In this document: positions 47,024 to 55,211 of the stretch, one piece after another | Position numbering within the stretch: position 1 is the stretch's first letter | Layout: the number at the start of each line of letters is the position of its first letter | IMG/VR virus record: IMGVR_UViG_3300045988_136773 | Length of the DNA stretch: 64,000 bases | Origin: a virus | Direction: 5' to 3' (one strand) | Notes under the pieces: model-generated | The model's database searches: none | What the model was told of the DNA's origin: nothing | What the model saw: only the letters and a program-made list of their open reading frames with translations | Position numbers and translations under genes: made by a program

Positions 47024-47056
47024 TTGTACAATTTATACAAATACGCAGTTGTACAT
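47024..47056. promoter_or_regulatory. candidate operator repeats TTGTACAA / TTATACAA / TTGTACAT
   Basis: Three related 8-mers at 47024, 47033 and 47049 lie between the divergent promoters. The first is a perfect palindrome. Confidence 0.45.
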
Positions 47057-47082
47057 TTGGGTGATTTTTCTATCAAAATCGC

Positions 47083-47111
47083 TTGACAATTTACACATAC
47101 GGGTGTATAAT
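47083..47111 (+). promoter_or_regulatory. consensus sigma-A promoter driving the rightward early operon
   Basis: TTGACA (47083-47088), 17 bp, TATAAT (47106-47111). A 130-nt leader runs to ATG 47244. Confidence 0.75.
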
Positions 47112-47243
47112 GAATATAGGAAGAAACACAAATGGGTAAACATTAAAACGTAGCAATGAATCAGTACCGAGAACATATGTAGCAGGGAATGATAGTGAGA
47201 ACGTAGCTTGATGTTTACGAATACTATTTTGGAGGAATGACTT

Positions 47244-47477
47244 ATGAATATGACTACAATTCGTGTATCACTCAAAATGTTCGATATGAACACTATGGAA
47301 ATCGTAGATAAGCAGGTAGATCTGCCTGTTAATACACATGCGGCTGATGTGCTTATGGGAAGATCACATCTGGGAGAGCGAGAGGTTCTTCATATGTTTG
47401 AGAACCTGCTCCGGTCTATGTCAAACCTTTGTGGTTACACCTATGAAGGATACTACGGAATCGAGGAGAACTTCTGA
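47244..47477 (+). CDS. hypothetical early protein
   Basis: 77 aa, RBS TGGAGGA. Confidence 0.55.
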   Translation: MNMTTIRVSLKMFDMNTMEIVDKQVDLPVNTHAADVLMGRSHLGEREVLHMFENLLRSMSNLCGYTYEGYYGIEENF

Positions 47478-47503
47478 TCATTACGCAGATAGGATGTATA
47501 AAT

Positions 47504-48094
47504 ATGAACTTGATTAAATTTAATGTAGGTAGCTTCTATGAAGCAGTATGGTATGATAGATACTACCATACATACAAAAGAATGTACGAAGCGATTTCTA
47601 AGAGCACATGCACTATTACATTTAAGGATGTAGAATCTCAGGATATTATCACATACAAGCTTCGTAAGGATTATGATTCATTTAGAAATGCAGAAATTGC
47701 GTATCCTTATGGTGCGGATTCCGATTCTCCGATAATTTACGCAACGCATAAGATTTCACTTACGTTTTTTATGGACAACAAGGTCGCTTTAAAGACTTAT
47801 AAAGCTTATGATCTTAACGGAGAAAACAGTTGTTTTGTTCATACAGGTTCTAATAGTTTTGTATTCCATTGCTCAGATTGTCTGAACCAGCTGAATGATC
47901 AGTATATACTGATCACAAACGTTGAAAGTTATTTGGATGCCAGCACCTTTTTAATGTTTATGGAAAATGGATATATCGATATTTGGTATGGTTATAGTCT
48001 AGAGGCATTTATTTGGATTAAACAAAATGGCTTGCCAGTTTCCATCAAAAGCGAAATCGAGTACTTGGAATCAAATCATTTACGTTCAAAATAA
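47504..48094 (+). CDS. hypothetical early protein (F-x-VG-x-x-Y domain family member 1)
   Basis: 196 aa. The N-terminal 'FNVGSFYEAVWYD...CTITFKD...NAEIAYPYG' is shared with the next two genes. Confidence 0.55.
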   Translation: MNLIKFNVGSFYEAVWYDRYYHTYKRMYEAISKSTCTITFKDVESQDIITYKLRKDYDSFRNAEIAYPYGADSDSPIIYATHKISLTFFMDNKVALKTYKAYDLNGENSCFVHTGSNSFVFHCSDCLNQLNDQYILITNVESYLDASTFLMFMENGYIDIWYGYSLEAFIWIKQNGLPVSIKSEIEYLESNHLRSK

Positions 48095-48187
48095 GCATCA
48101 TATTGTGTTTCTGAACCGTTTCACGGAATAAAAAAAGCGGTATCCTACACAAGTATAAATCTAAATAAATTCATGGAGGTATGACAT

Positions 48188-48631
48188 ATGAAACAGTTTG
48201 AAGTCGGCAAAACCTATCAGATGTCAAGTATCTGCAACGCAGATTGCATCTGGGAGTATGTTGTGATAGATAGAACTGCAAAGACCATCACAATTCAGAG
48301 TACGCACAATAGCACTATTAAAAAGTGCAGAGTGCATACAGCAGAATCTAATGCATGCGATGCAGAAACTGTATTTCCGCTTGGAAATTATTCCATGTGT
48401 CCCAAACTGAGAGCAGATTCTCAGAAGATAGTGTCAGAAGATCCAGAACAGCATCAGCTCAATGTAGAATATACAAATCTTCAAAGGGCAATTCTGCTAT
48501 TAGCAAAATCAATGTACATCATGCCAATTGGTAGTTCCCGTAGACTGAGAGCACAAGCGACATTGGATGATTTCAGGAAAAGGCGTGAGGATCTAAAGTC
48601 TAAAGGTGCAAAATTGATTCTAAATGTGTAA
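48188..48631 (+). CDS. hypothetical early protein (family member 2)
   Basis: 147 aa. 'FEVGKTYQMSS...KTITIQS...DAETVFPLG'. Confidence 0.55.
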   Translation: MKQFEVGKTYQMSSICNADCIWEYVVIDRTAKTITIQSTHNSTIKKCRVHTAESNACDAETVFPLGNYSMCPKLRADSQKIVSEDPEQHQLNVEYTNLQRAILLLAKSMYIMPIGSSRRLRAQATLDDFRKRREDLKSKGAKLILNV

Positions 48632-48647
48632 AACCGGAGGTGATTTC

Positions 48648-49205
48648 ATGGGATGGTTTGAAACAACATTTCTACCATCATTCGAACTTGGCAAGCATTA
48701 TGCTCAGTATACTTGGTTGAAGCCATGGCAGTACAAAGGCTTAATGAATCTTGCAAAAAGTAATAACTGGCATATGCTTAGTTCACGGCAACTCAATGTG
48801 ATTCTTAACAACTCTAAAGAGTGGATGAGAACTTGCTATAAAAACTCATACTTGTATATGAGTTCTAAGTATATCGTAGTTACAGAAATCAGCAATTCGA
48901 CTGGCTTCGTTACTATTGATATTCGAGATGCTGCAAAGTTAAAAGCTTTTGAAGTAGGAAAAGTTTATTATGACACCGTATACTATGATGACGAATATGA
49001 TCCGGAGCTTGATGGAGATGAGGGATTTTCTTGTAAGGTGATTTCCAGAGATGATGATTACATCACTGTAGAGGATACAAAGACACACAAAACGCACGTA
49101 TGCAGTATCGATCTCGCATCTACCATTCATTATAATGCAGAAACAATTTACCCACTGCATACTTGTGGTGGAGATTGGTTAGAGCCAATAATTATGGCAA
49201 AGTAG
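48648..49205 (+). CDS. hypothetical early protein (family member 3; domain at C-terminus)
   Basis: ATG 48648 follows GGAGGTGA. The C-terminal half reads 'FEVGKVYYDTVYYDD...DYITVEDT...NAETIYPLH'. Confidence 0.55.
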   Translation: MGWFETTFLPSFELGKHYAQYTWLKPWQYKGLMNLAKSNNWHMLSSRQLNVILNNSKEWMRTCYKNSYLYMSSKYIVVTEISNSTGFVTIDIRDAAKLKAFEVGKVYYDTVYYDDEYDPELDGDEGFSCKVISRDDDYITVEDTKTHKTHVCSIDLASTIHYNAETIYPLHTCGGDWLEPIIMAK

Positions 49206-49219
49206 ATAGGAGGCAGCTT

Positions 49220-49453
49220 ATGTGGATTGCACTTATAAATCCGAAGAACCAAATTATAAATTCTGATATGCTGACAGATATTCGTATCGATTCAACAGGA
49301 CGCTTTCCGTTCGTACAGTACTATTCAGGTGAGCACATGATTGGCAGAGAATGCTTTACCCATTATGAAGATGCAGAAAACAGAGTTGAGGCTTTGAGAA
49401 CTGCTATGAATGCTAGCAATCAATACCGTACATGGTATGGTCCTACAGTATAA
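49220..49453 (+). CDS. hypothetical small protein
   Basis: ATG 49220 follows TAGGAGG. 77 aa. Confidence 0.5.
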   Translation: MWIALINPKNQIINSDMLTDIRIDSTGRFPFVQYYSGEHMIGRECFTHYEDAENRVEALRTAMNASNQYRTWYGPTV

Positions 49454-49474
49454 CATTGGAGGTGAAATCTAGCT

Positions 49475-49648
49475 ATGTCGCACAGAATATTTACGCTTAC
49501 TGACACAGCAAAGGATAAGCATATGACGTTGGATGATGCTGTCAATAGTGGCGAAATCAAAACCGTAGAAACGTTTGAAACTTATGATGACGCACTTGAC
49601 GCATTTTTTACAAGATATTGTGATTTTGACGCATATGGTATTGAATAA
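49475..49648 (+). CDS. hypothetical small protein (57 aa, below ORF-track cutoff)
   Basis: ATG 49475 follows TGGAGGTGA. 'MSHRIFTLTDTAKDKHMTLDDAV...'. A hairpin at 49665-49690 follows. Confidence 0.45.
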   Translation: MSHRIFTLTDTAKDKHMTLDDAVNSGEIKTVETFETYDDALDAFFTRYCDFDAYGIE

Positions 49649-49737
49649 CCAGATTGATAATACAAACCTGCTTTATGCTTAGAGCAGGTTAGTAATTTAA
49701 GTATTCTAAGTAAATTAACAGTGGAGGGTAAACTATT

Positions 49738-50655
49738 ATGGACAGAAAATACTTTACAATCAATGAGGATGGGGCTAGAGTAGCACATGAACTCATGTCT
49801 TTCAGTGATTACAAATCTGGAAGTGCTACTGCTGAATATCATGCTACTGTAGATGTAGCATATGACATTGCAGACAAAGTGGCTGATAAACGTCCAGATG
49901 ATGCTGAAAGAGCTTATAGCATAGCAGAACGCTATTCTAAGAAAATGGCTGACTACTATAATCGAGATATTAGTATTGGGAAAATGTGTCCATCTGTTAT
50001 GATTTCTGGAGGAAGCAATTTCCCTGTAAAGAAGAAAGAACGACAAATTGCCGCATGGGATCGAAATCATGAATTTTATAATGCTACTCAGAAATTGATC
50101 GATAAACTGAATAGTATGTTAAACGGTTCTGAGGTAATCCGATCTAATGACGAAAAGGCAATTGAGAAGTTAGAGTATAAAATTGCTGATTTGAAAGAAC
50201 TGCAAGATCAAATGAAATCGGCAAACAAGGCAATTCGATTGAAAGATACAGAGCATGGCGATGACCTGCTCAGAGAAATGGGATTCAGTGAAGATGCGAT
50301 CCGTAAACTGAGAGAGCCGGATTTCTGTGGTAGAATAGGATACCCTAGTTTCTTACTCACGAACAACAATGCAAACATTCATAGATTGGAAGAGCGTTTG
50401 AAATCTTTAAAATCTGTGAAAGCGAAAGGGACTGCTGAGATTGAGTATTATGGATTTCGTGTTGTGGAGAATACGGAAGCCATGCGGTATCAGATTTTAT
50501 TTGATGAGAAGCCAGATGCTGATGTAAGGTCTATTCTGAAAAGTAATGGGTTCAAATGGGCACCTTCTCAGAGTGCATGGCAGCGACAAATCACAACAGC
50601 TGGTAAGTACGCATTGGATAAGGTTGTAAACATTATTAAAGATTTAGAGAGGTGA
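49738..50655 (+). CDS. DUF3560-like protein
   Basis: The C-terminal 'YQILFDEKPDADVRSILKSNGFKWAPSQSAWQRQ' matches the DUF3560 hallmark (F-x-x-kP...L-K-x-x-GF-[RK]-W-x-P-x-x-x-AWQR) as I recall it. Confidence 0.55.
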   Translation: MDRKYFTINEDGARVAHELMSFSDYKSGSATAEYHATVDVAYDIADKVADKRPDDAERAYSIAERYSKKMADYYNRDISIGKMCPSVMISGGSNFPVKKKERQIAAWDRNHEFYNATQKLIDKLNSMLNGSEVIRSNDEKAIEKLEYKIADLKELQDQMKSANKAIRLKDTEHGDDLLREMGFSEDAIRKLREPDFCGRIGYPSFLLTNNNANIHRLEERLKSLKSVKAKGTAEIEYYGFRVVENTEAMRYQILFDEKPDADVRSILKSNGFKWAPSQSAWQRQITTAGKYALDKVVNIIKDLER

Positions 50656-50662
50656 TAGATTT

Positions 50663-51346
50663 ATGTCTCGTGGGGATATGATGAAGATATCGTGCACAGA
50701 TCATCTTGGTAATTCATATGATTCTATAACTTCTATGTGCGAAGCATATGGGATTAACCCTGCTACGTTTTCAAAGCGCATTCAAAGAGGTAAAACACTA
50801 GAGCAGGCTCTGACAGAACCTGTTAGATCAAGATTGTGTCAAAATATGAATCAAGTTATTGACGCAGATGGTAATGTTTTTTCTTCTTTAAACGCAATGT
50901 GCAAACATTACGACATGGATTACAATACATATGTAAAAATAAGAGAATCTGGTATGTCTAAAAAGGAAGCACTTGCAGTCCCGAAACAGACAAGCAGATC
51001 ATGTGTAGACCATCTAGGAAATCAATTTAAATCCACCTCTGACATGTGCAGATATTATGACATGGATTACTCTGTATATCAAAATCGGATTAGGCGTGGA
51101 TGGTCTGTCAAAGACGCATTAACAACAAAATTGCGTAACAGACAGTCAAATAAGGTCTGCCGCACTGTATATCATTCATACAAACTAATCTATTTAGGCA
51201 ATTCCTATATCGTATATGCGACATCTCCACATGAAGCGATACAAAAATGGGAATTGTTTAAAGGCTATCTAAATCCTCAACCTGGTGTAGATATCCTGGA
51301 GCTAAAGCCTGGGACTGAAATTCACGATTATTGTACAATTATTTAG
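50663..51346 (+). CDS. DNA-binding protein candidate with three tandem NUMOD1-like HTH repeats
   Basis: Three repeats of about 45 aa: 'CTDHLGNSYDSITSMCEAYGINPATFSKRIQRGKTLEQAL', 'VIDADGNVFSSLNAMCKHYDMDYNTYVKIRESGMSKKEAL' and 'CVDHLGNQFKSTSDMCRYYDMDYSVYQNRIRRGWSVKDAL'. No nuclease motif was seen. Confidence 0.5.
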   Translation: MSRGDMMKISCTDHLGNSYDSITSMCEAYGINPATFSKRIQRGKTLEQALTEPVRSRLCQNMNQVIDADGNVFSSLNAMCKHYDMDYNTYVKIRESGMSKKEALAVPKQTSRSCVDHLGNQFKSTSDMCRYYDMDYSVYQNRIRRGWSVKDALTTKLRNRQSNKVCRTVYHSYKLIYLGNSYIVYATSPHEAIQKWELFKGYLNPQPGVDILELKPGTEIHDYCTII

Positions 51347-51420
51347 CTTATGCAGATATCGCACAATCGTTATACATTGTGTAGGGAAGTGTTACACAAT
51401 AACTTGATGAGGTGATATGT

Positions 51421-52290
51421 ATGTTTAACAAGGATAATCTCTGGACTATGGATCAGATTGGATTTGTGTTTCTACCAGATAGCAAACCGGATACATGGAA
51501 AATCATTGATCCTACTACTGATACAGAAGTAGGTGAGTACTATGAACTGGATGCTACTGTATATACCTATGCTGATTCTACACCAGATGATAAGAATGAA
51601 ATCATTGGTGCATTTCAGATGTTTCGGGATAGACCAGAGTACAGTGTTTACAGAGCACATAAGCTGATTCACGGTCTTAACACTGATAGCTTTAGCACAT
51701 TAGATGATGCATCAGATTTGTATGACACATTGATTGCTGGATGTGCAATTATGCTGTATGGTGAAGAGTATGGATTAAAGCGTGCAGATAGTTTCCTAAG
51801 ATGGATTCGGAATACCGATTTTTATCAAGCACCTGCATCTGCAAAGTATCATGACGCATTCGAAGGTGGTCTTTTGAAACACTCTCTGGATGTAGCCTAT
51901 CATATCACGGACCTGCTCCAGTTAGAATCATTTTCAACTGTGAATATTGCATCTTGTATATTAGTAGCATTGACACATGATCTTTGTAAGATTGGATTGT
52001 ACAAGCCTTATCTGAAGAATGTCAAGAGTGAAGAAACAGGCCAGTGGGAAAAAGAACGTGCATATACATACAATGACGCAAATATTCCTCTTGGGCATGG
52101 TGCAGCATCCTTGTATATTACTCAGAAGTTTTTCCATCTGAGTTTAGAAGAAGCCCTTGCAATTCGGTGGCATATGGGCAGATGGAACATGTGTGATGAT
52201 GAAGTTGGGGAATATCATGTAGCAGTAAAGAAATATCCGCTTGTATATATGCTCCAGTTTGCTGATCAACTGTCTATTAAAGAGTACTAA
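51421..52290 (+). CDS. HD-domain phosphohydrolase
   Basis: 'YHDAFEGGLLKHSLDV', 'ALTHDLCKIG', 'GHGAAS' and 'RWHMG' fit the H...HD...D metal-binding pattern. ATG 51421 follows GAGGTGA. Confidence 0.75.
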   Translation: MFNKDNLWTMDQIGFVFLPDSKPDTWKIIDPTTDTEVGEYYELDATVYTYADSTPDDKNEIIGAFQMFRDRPEYSVYRAHKLIHGLNTDSFSTLDDASDLYDTLIAGCAIMLYGEEYGLKRADSFLRWIRNTDFYQAPASAKYHDAFEGGLLKHSLDVAYHITDLLQLESFSTVNIASCILVALTHDLCKIGLYKPYLKNVKSEETGQWEKERAYTYNDANIPLGHGAASLYITQKFFHLSLEEALAIRWHMGRWNMCDDEVGEYHVAVKKYPLVYMLQFADQLSIKEY

Positions 52291-52362
52291 TTGGTAAACC
52301 TTATATACCTGTGACTAATACACACAAGCACTGTGTGTACAACAGGAAAGGTGATATTAATT

Positions 52363-53088
52363 ATGCTGAGATATGTAAAACACAGTCCTATTACTGCATC
52401 TGTGTCTGGTCCAGTTGAACCCGACACTGTATACGAGCTTGCACTGTATATCGAAAACGACGGAAATCTTTACCGTCAAATGATTGTACCTACAATCAAG
52501 AACATGCAGCGTAAGATTAAGTCAGGTAAATATGATGACTCTCAGGCAGTCAAGGCTTGGCAGTATGTTGCTGACGAAGGTGTTCGTCGATATGGTAAGG
52601 AATTCGGCAATGGCGGCAACAGTGTTGCTTGGGTAAACAAGAATACTCGAATCGCCATTGCAGAAGAACTGAAGGATTACTATGATGATCTGGTACAAGA
52701 TCCAGACAGTATTTCATCTGCTACTAAGATTGAAAAGAAAACTGTATCTGCATCTACAAAGAAGTATCGTGCAAAGGGAAAGAAGTCCGTTGAAGCTGCT
52801 AGTGTGATCCAGAATGGTCTGAGTGAATATAAGCCGTGGTCTGGTGCAAAAGACACATGGGAAATCCTGGAGAAGTTTGGAAAGCTGGACGAACTGGAAA
52901 ATTACATTGATGAAATGTTCTATGATGAATCCCGTGGTGAAGGTGTCATTGGTGAAACTGAACTGAATGACCTGCTCCGGTTTGAACCAGAACATATCTA
53001 TGAATATGTAGGTCTATACTACAATCCGGATACTGATGAAGTATCAGATGAACCATTTGACGAAGATGATGAAGGGGACTACGAGTAA
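52363..53088 (+). CDS. hypothetical protein (MLRYVK...ITAS leader)
   Basis: ATG 52363 follows AAAGGTGA. 241 aa. Contains 'KKTVSASTKKY' internally and has an acidic C-terminus. Confidence 0.55.
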   Translation: MLRYVKHSPITASVSGPVEPDTVYELALYIENDGNLYRQMIVPTIKNMQRKIKSGKYDDSQAVKAWQYVADEGVRRYGKEFGNGGNSVAWVNKNTRIAIAEELKDYYDDLVQDPDSISSATKIEKKTVSASTKKYRAKGKKSVEAASVIQNGLSEYKPWSGAKDTWEILEKFGKLDELENYIDEMFYDESRGEGVIGETELNDLLRFEPEHIYEYVGLYYNPDTDEVSDEPFDEDDEGDYE

Positions 53089-53309
53089 TGGTACGATATA
53101 TTAAAGCAGGTTACACAATGGACAATGTAGATGCCATGGAAGAGAAGTTGTACGACTATTTTGACGTAGATGGCGGCGGTGCAAAGGATCTACTTGAAGC
53201 CATTATAAAGGCTCTGGATTATGATACGAAAGGCGAAATTTACGAGTACATCATTCGTGCATATGATGTTGATAGCTATTTTGAAGAATCAGAAGATGAT
53301 TCTGAATAA
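53088..53309 (+). CDS. hypothetical small acidic protein (MVRYIK leader)
   Basis: 73 aa. The ATG overlaps the upstream stop (TAATG). Confidence 0.55.
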   Translation: MVRYIKAGYTMDNVDAMEEKLYDYFDVDGGGAKDLLEAIIKALDYDTKGEIYEYIIRAYDVDSYFEESEDDSE

Positions 53310-53339
53310 TATTGATTGCTTTGATGCTGCTAACTACGA

Positions 53340-53368
53340 TTGAATTTTCATCATGATTCTGGTATAAT
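53340..53368 (+). promoter_or_regulatory. sigma-A promoter with extended -10
   Basis: TTGAAT (53340-53345), 17 bp, TGgTATAAT (tataat at 53363-53368). Confidence 0.65.
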
Positions 53369-53403
53369 ACAAATATATTATGGATATGTCGGAGGTCATT
53401 TAC

Positions 53404-53934
53404 ATGAAAATATATTCTAGTTCTGGTAGAAAATCAGTATGTATCAACATTACAGTTGAATTCATTGGAAGCGTGATTGAGTGTTCTAAAACAGTTCCCT
53501 TTGGAAAGATAAATCTTACACCACAGGAGATGTTTGATTTCACTGATTTCGTTGAAGATATTGGTGGTCTTATTGATACACTTGATTTTGAGATTATGGA
53601 TGAACATCCTAGCAGATATGCAAAGTCAGCATCTTATTATTATACTTTTTATCCAACAGATTCTGACTTTGATGTTTGCTATGAATACTTGTACTTTTTA
53701 AGAATATCCACTCATGAAAGACAGAGTGAATCTGAAAATCCATTTCCGAAGTATTACCCAAAGACTGCACAACAATATAAAATGCCAAAAAGTAAATCTG
53801 GTATGCAGCATCACAAACATATCAAAGTAATTGTCAATGACAAGACATATGACACATATGATGATGCGTTTGAAGCAGTCAAGAAGAAATTCGAGAATAT
53901 TCAAAGACAGAGTGACAAACTCAATGGTAAATAG
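53404..53934 (+). CDS. hypothetical protein
   Basis: ATG 53404 follows GGAGGT. 176 aa, beginning MKIYSSS. Confidence 0.5.
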   Translation: MKIYSSSGRKSVCINITVEFIGSVIECSKTVPFGKINLTPQEMFDFTDFVEDIGGLIDTLDFEIMDEHPSRYAKSASYYYTFYPTDSDFDVCYEYLYFLRISTHERQSESENPFPKYYPKTAQQYKMPKSKSGMQHHKHIKVIVNDKTYDTYDDAFEAVKKKFENIQRQSDKLNGK

Positions 53935-53944
53935 GGGTGAATCT

Positions 53945-54304
53945 GTGAAAATTAAAAAAATGCGGATTTATGCCGCAGACGATGATGAATTCACAAGTTC
54001 AAATTATGATCCTGACGAAACATATGATAATGTATCAGACTCACTGGATGATTTATCTGACAGTGTAGACGATATGCAGGAATCTGTAGATGATGCAGTA
54101 GTTGATGAAGATCCAGTCGATATTGAAATGGATAACAACATTGCAAATCACTATATCGCTGAGTGTGAATCATGTCATGGTGTGTTTATTTCTGCCATGG
54201 AAGAAACTGATCAGGAGATTGAAAAGATTACTGGTACCTGTCCACTGTGTGATAAGCCAACAGATCAGTACCTAAAGTGGATCATCAAAGAACTTGAAAA
54301 ATGA
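53945..54304 (+). CDS. hypothetical acidic protein with C-terminal zinc ribbon
   Basis: GTG 53945 follows AGGGGTGA. 'CESCHG...(24 aa)...CPLCD'. Confidence 0.5.
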   Translation: MKIKKMRIYAADDDEFTSSNYDPDETYDNVSDSLDDLSDSVDDMQESVDDAVVDEDPVDIEMDNNIANHYIAECESCHGVFISAMEETDQEIEKITGTCPLCDKPTDQYLKWIIKELEK

Positions 54305-54314
54305 GGTGCGATGC

Positions 54315-54770
54315 GTGGATTGGACAATCTTAATTGTTCCTGTCGCATCTCTGTTATCCGCAGTATCAGTTGCATTGCTGAACAATTGGGATAAGATCAA
54401 TCCCAATAAAAAGCGTGTAACTGACCTGCTCCAACTTGTAACAGCATTAAAAAAGTCCGCTGATGCTACACAGGGTGATGTTAAAAAGCTTGGAGATCAG
54501 CTTACTAACATATCCTCAGCAGAGCGGACTTTGCTGCAAACAAGTATATTAGATTTGTGTCACGGAATACAAAAAGATATTGAGTATGGTGATATTGATT
54601 ACTCAGAGAAACTGAAACAACTTATCATCCTATATCGAGAATATCATGCCTGTGGATTCAATAACCAAGGAAAGCTGTATTTCAATGACACAATCGAGAA
54701 AGCGGCAGAAGATAATAATATATTAGTACATGAATTGATGAATCAGTATTTTTCTGATTATCAACCGTAA
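54315..54770 (+). CDS. membrane-anchored protein (N-terminal TM helix)
   Basis: GTG 54315 follows GAGGTG. 'WTILIVPVASLLSAVSVALLNNW' is a single transmembrane segment, followed by a soluble domain. Confidence 0.5.
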   Translation: MDWTILIVPVASLLSAVSVALLNNWDKINPNKKRVTDLLQLVTALKKSADATQGDVKKLGDQLTNISSAERTLLQTSILDLCHGIQKDIEYGDIDYSEKLKQLIILYREYHACGFNNQGKLYFNDTIEKAAEDNNILVHELMNQYFSDYQP

Positions 54771-54784
54771 AGGAGAGACGAGTT

Positions 54785-55162
54785 ATGTGGGATGAATTTT
54801 TTAAATATCTTGTAGCATTTGCGTTTACTGTAGTATCAGCTGCAACCACTACGATTGTACTGCCTGCTCTAGCTAGATGGCTGAAATCTAAGTCGGACAG
54901 TGAAGTTATCAAATCTGGAATCGATGATCTTGCACAGACTACAGGGACCTGTGTAGACTATTTAGAGCAGACGGTTGTAACTGAACTAAAAGCACAAAAC
55001 AAATGGAATTCTGAAACACAGAAAGAAGTTTTGAATATGGCTATTGAGCAGGTTATTACTGGGCTGACAAACGCCACAAAGCGAACCCTGGAAGCTGGAA
55101 ATATTCACGCTACTGTAGAAAGATACATTGAGGCATACATTCAATCAAAAAAGAACCAGTAA
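54785..55162 (+). CDS. holin-like protein (LL-H holin family-like)
   Basis: 125 aa. It has an N-terminal TM helix 'YLVAFAFTVVSAATTTIVLPALARWL' and then an amphipathic region containing 'VDYLEQTVV'. Its size and layout match Holin_LLH. Confidence 0.45.
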   Translation: MWDEFFKYLVAFAFTVVSAATTTIVLPALARWLKSKSDSEVIKSGIDDLAQTTGTCVDYLEQTVVTELKAQNKWNSETQKEVLNMAIEQVITGLTNATKRTLEAGNIHATVERYIEAYIQSKKNQ

Positions 55163-55165
55163 TGC

Positions 55166-55194
55166 TTGACTTTTCTGCTGACACAAGGTATAAT
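55166..55194 (+). promoter_or_regulatory. sigma-A promoter upstream of the PRTase-like gene cluster
   Basis: TTGACT (55166-55171), 17 bp, TATAAT (55189-55194), then GGAGGT and ATG 55212. Confidence 0.7.
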
Positions 55195-55211
55195 GCAGAT
55201 GGAGGTATAAG

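Noticed and set aside
47033-47293. Minus-strand ORF of 86 aa spanning the divergent promoter region.
   Set aside because: It covers the consensus rightward promoter, the leader and the start of gene 47244. It has no RBS. The region is better explained as regulatory DNA.
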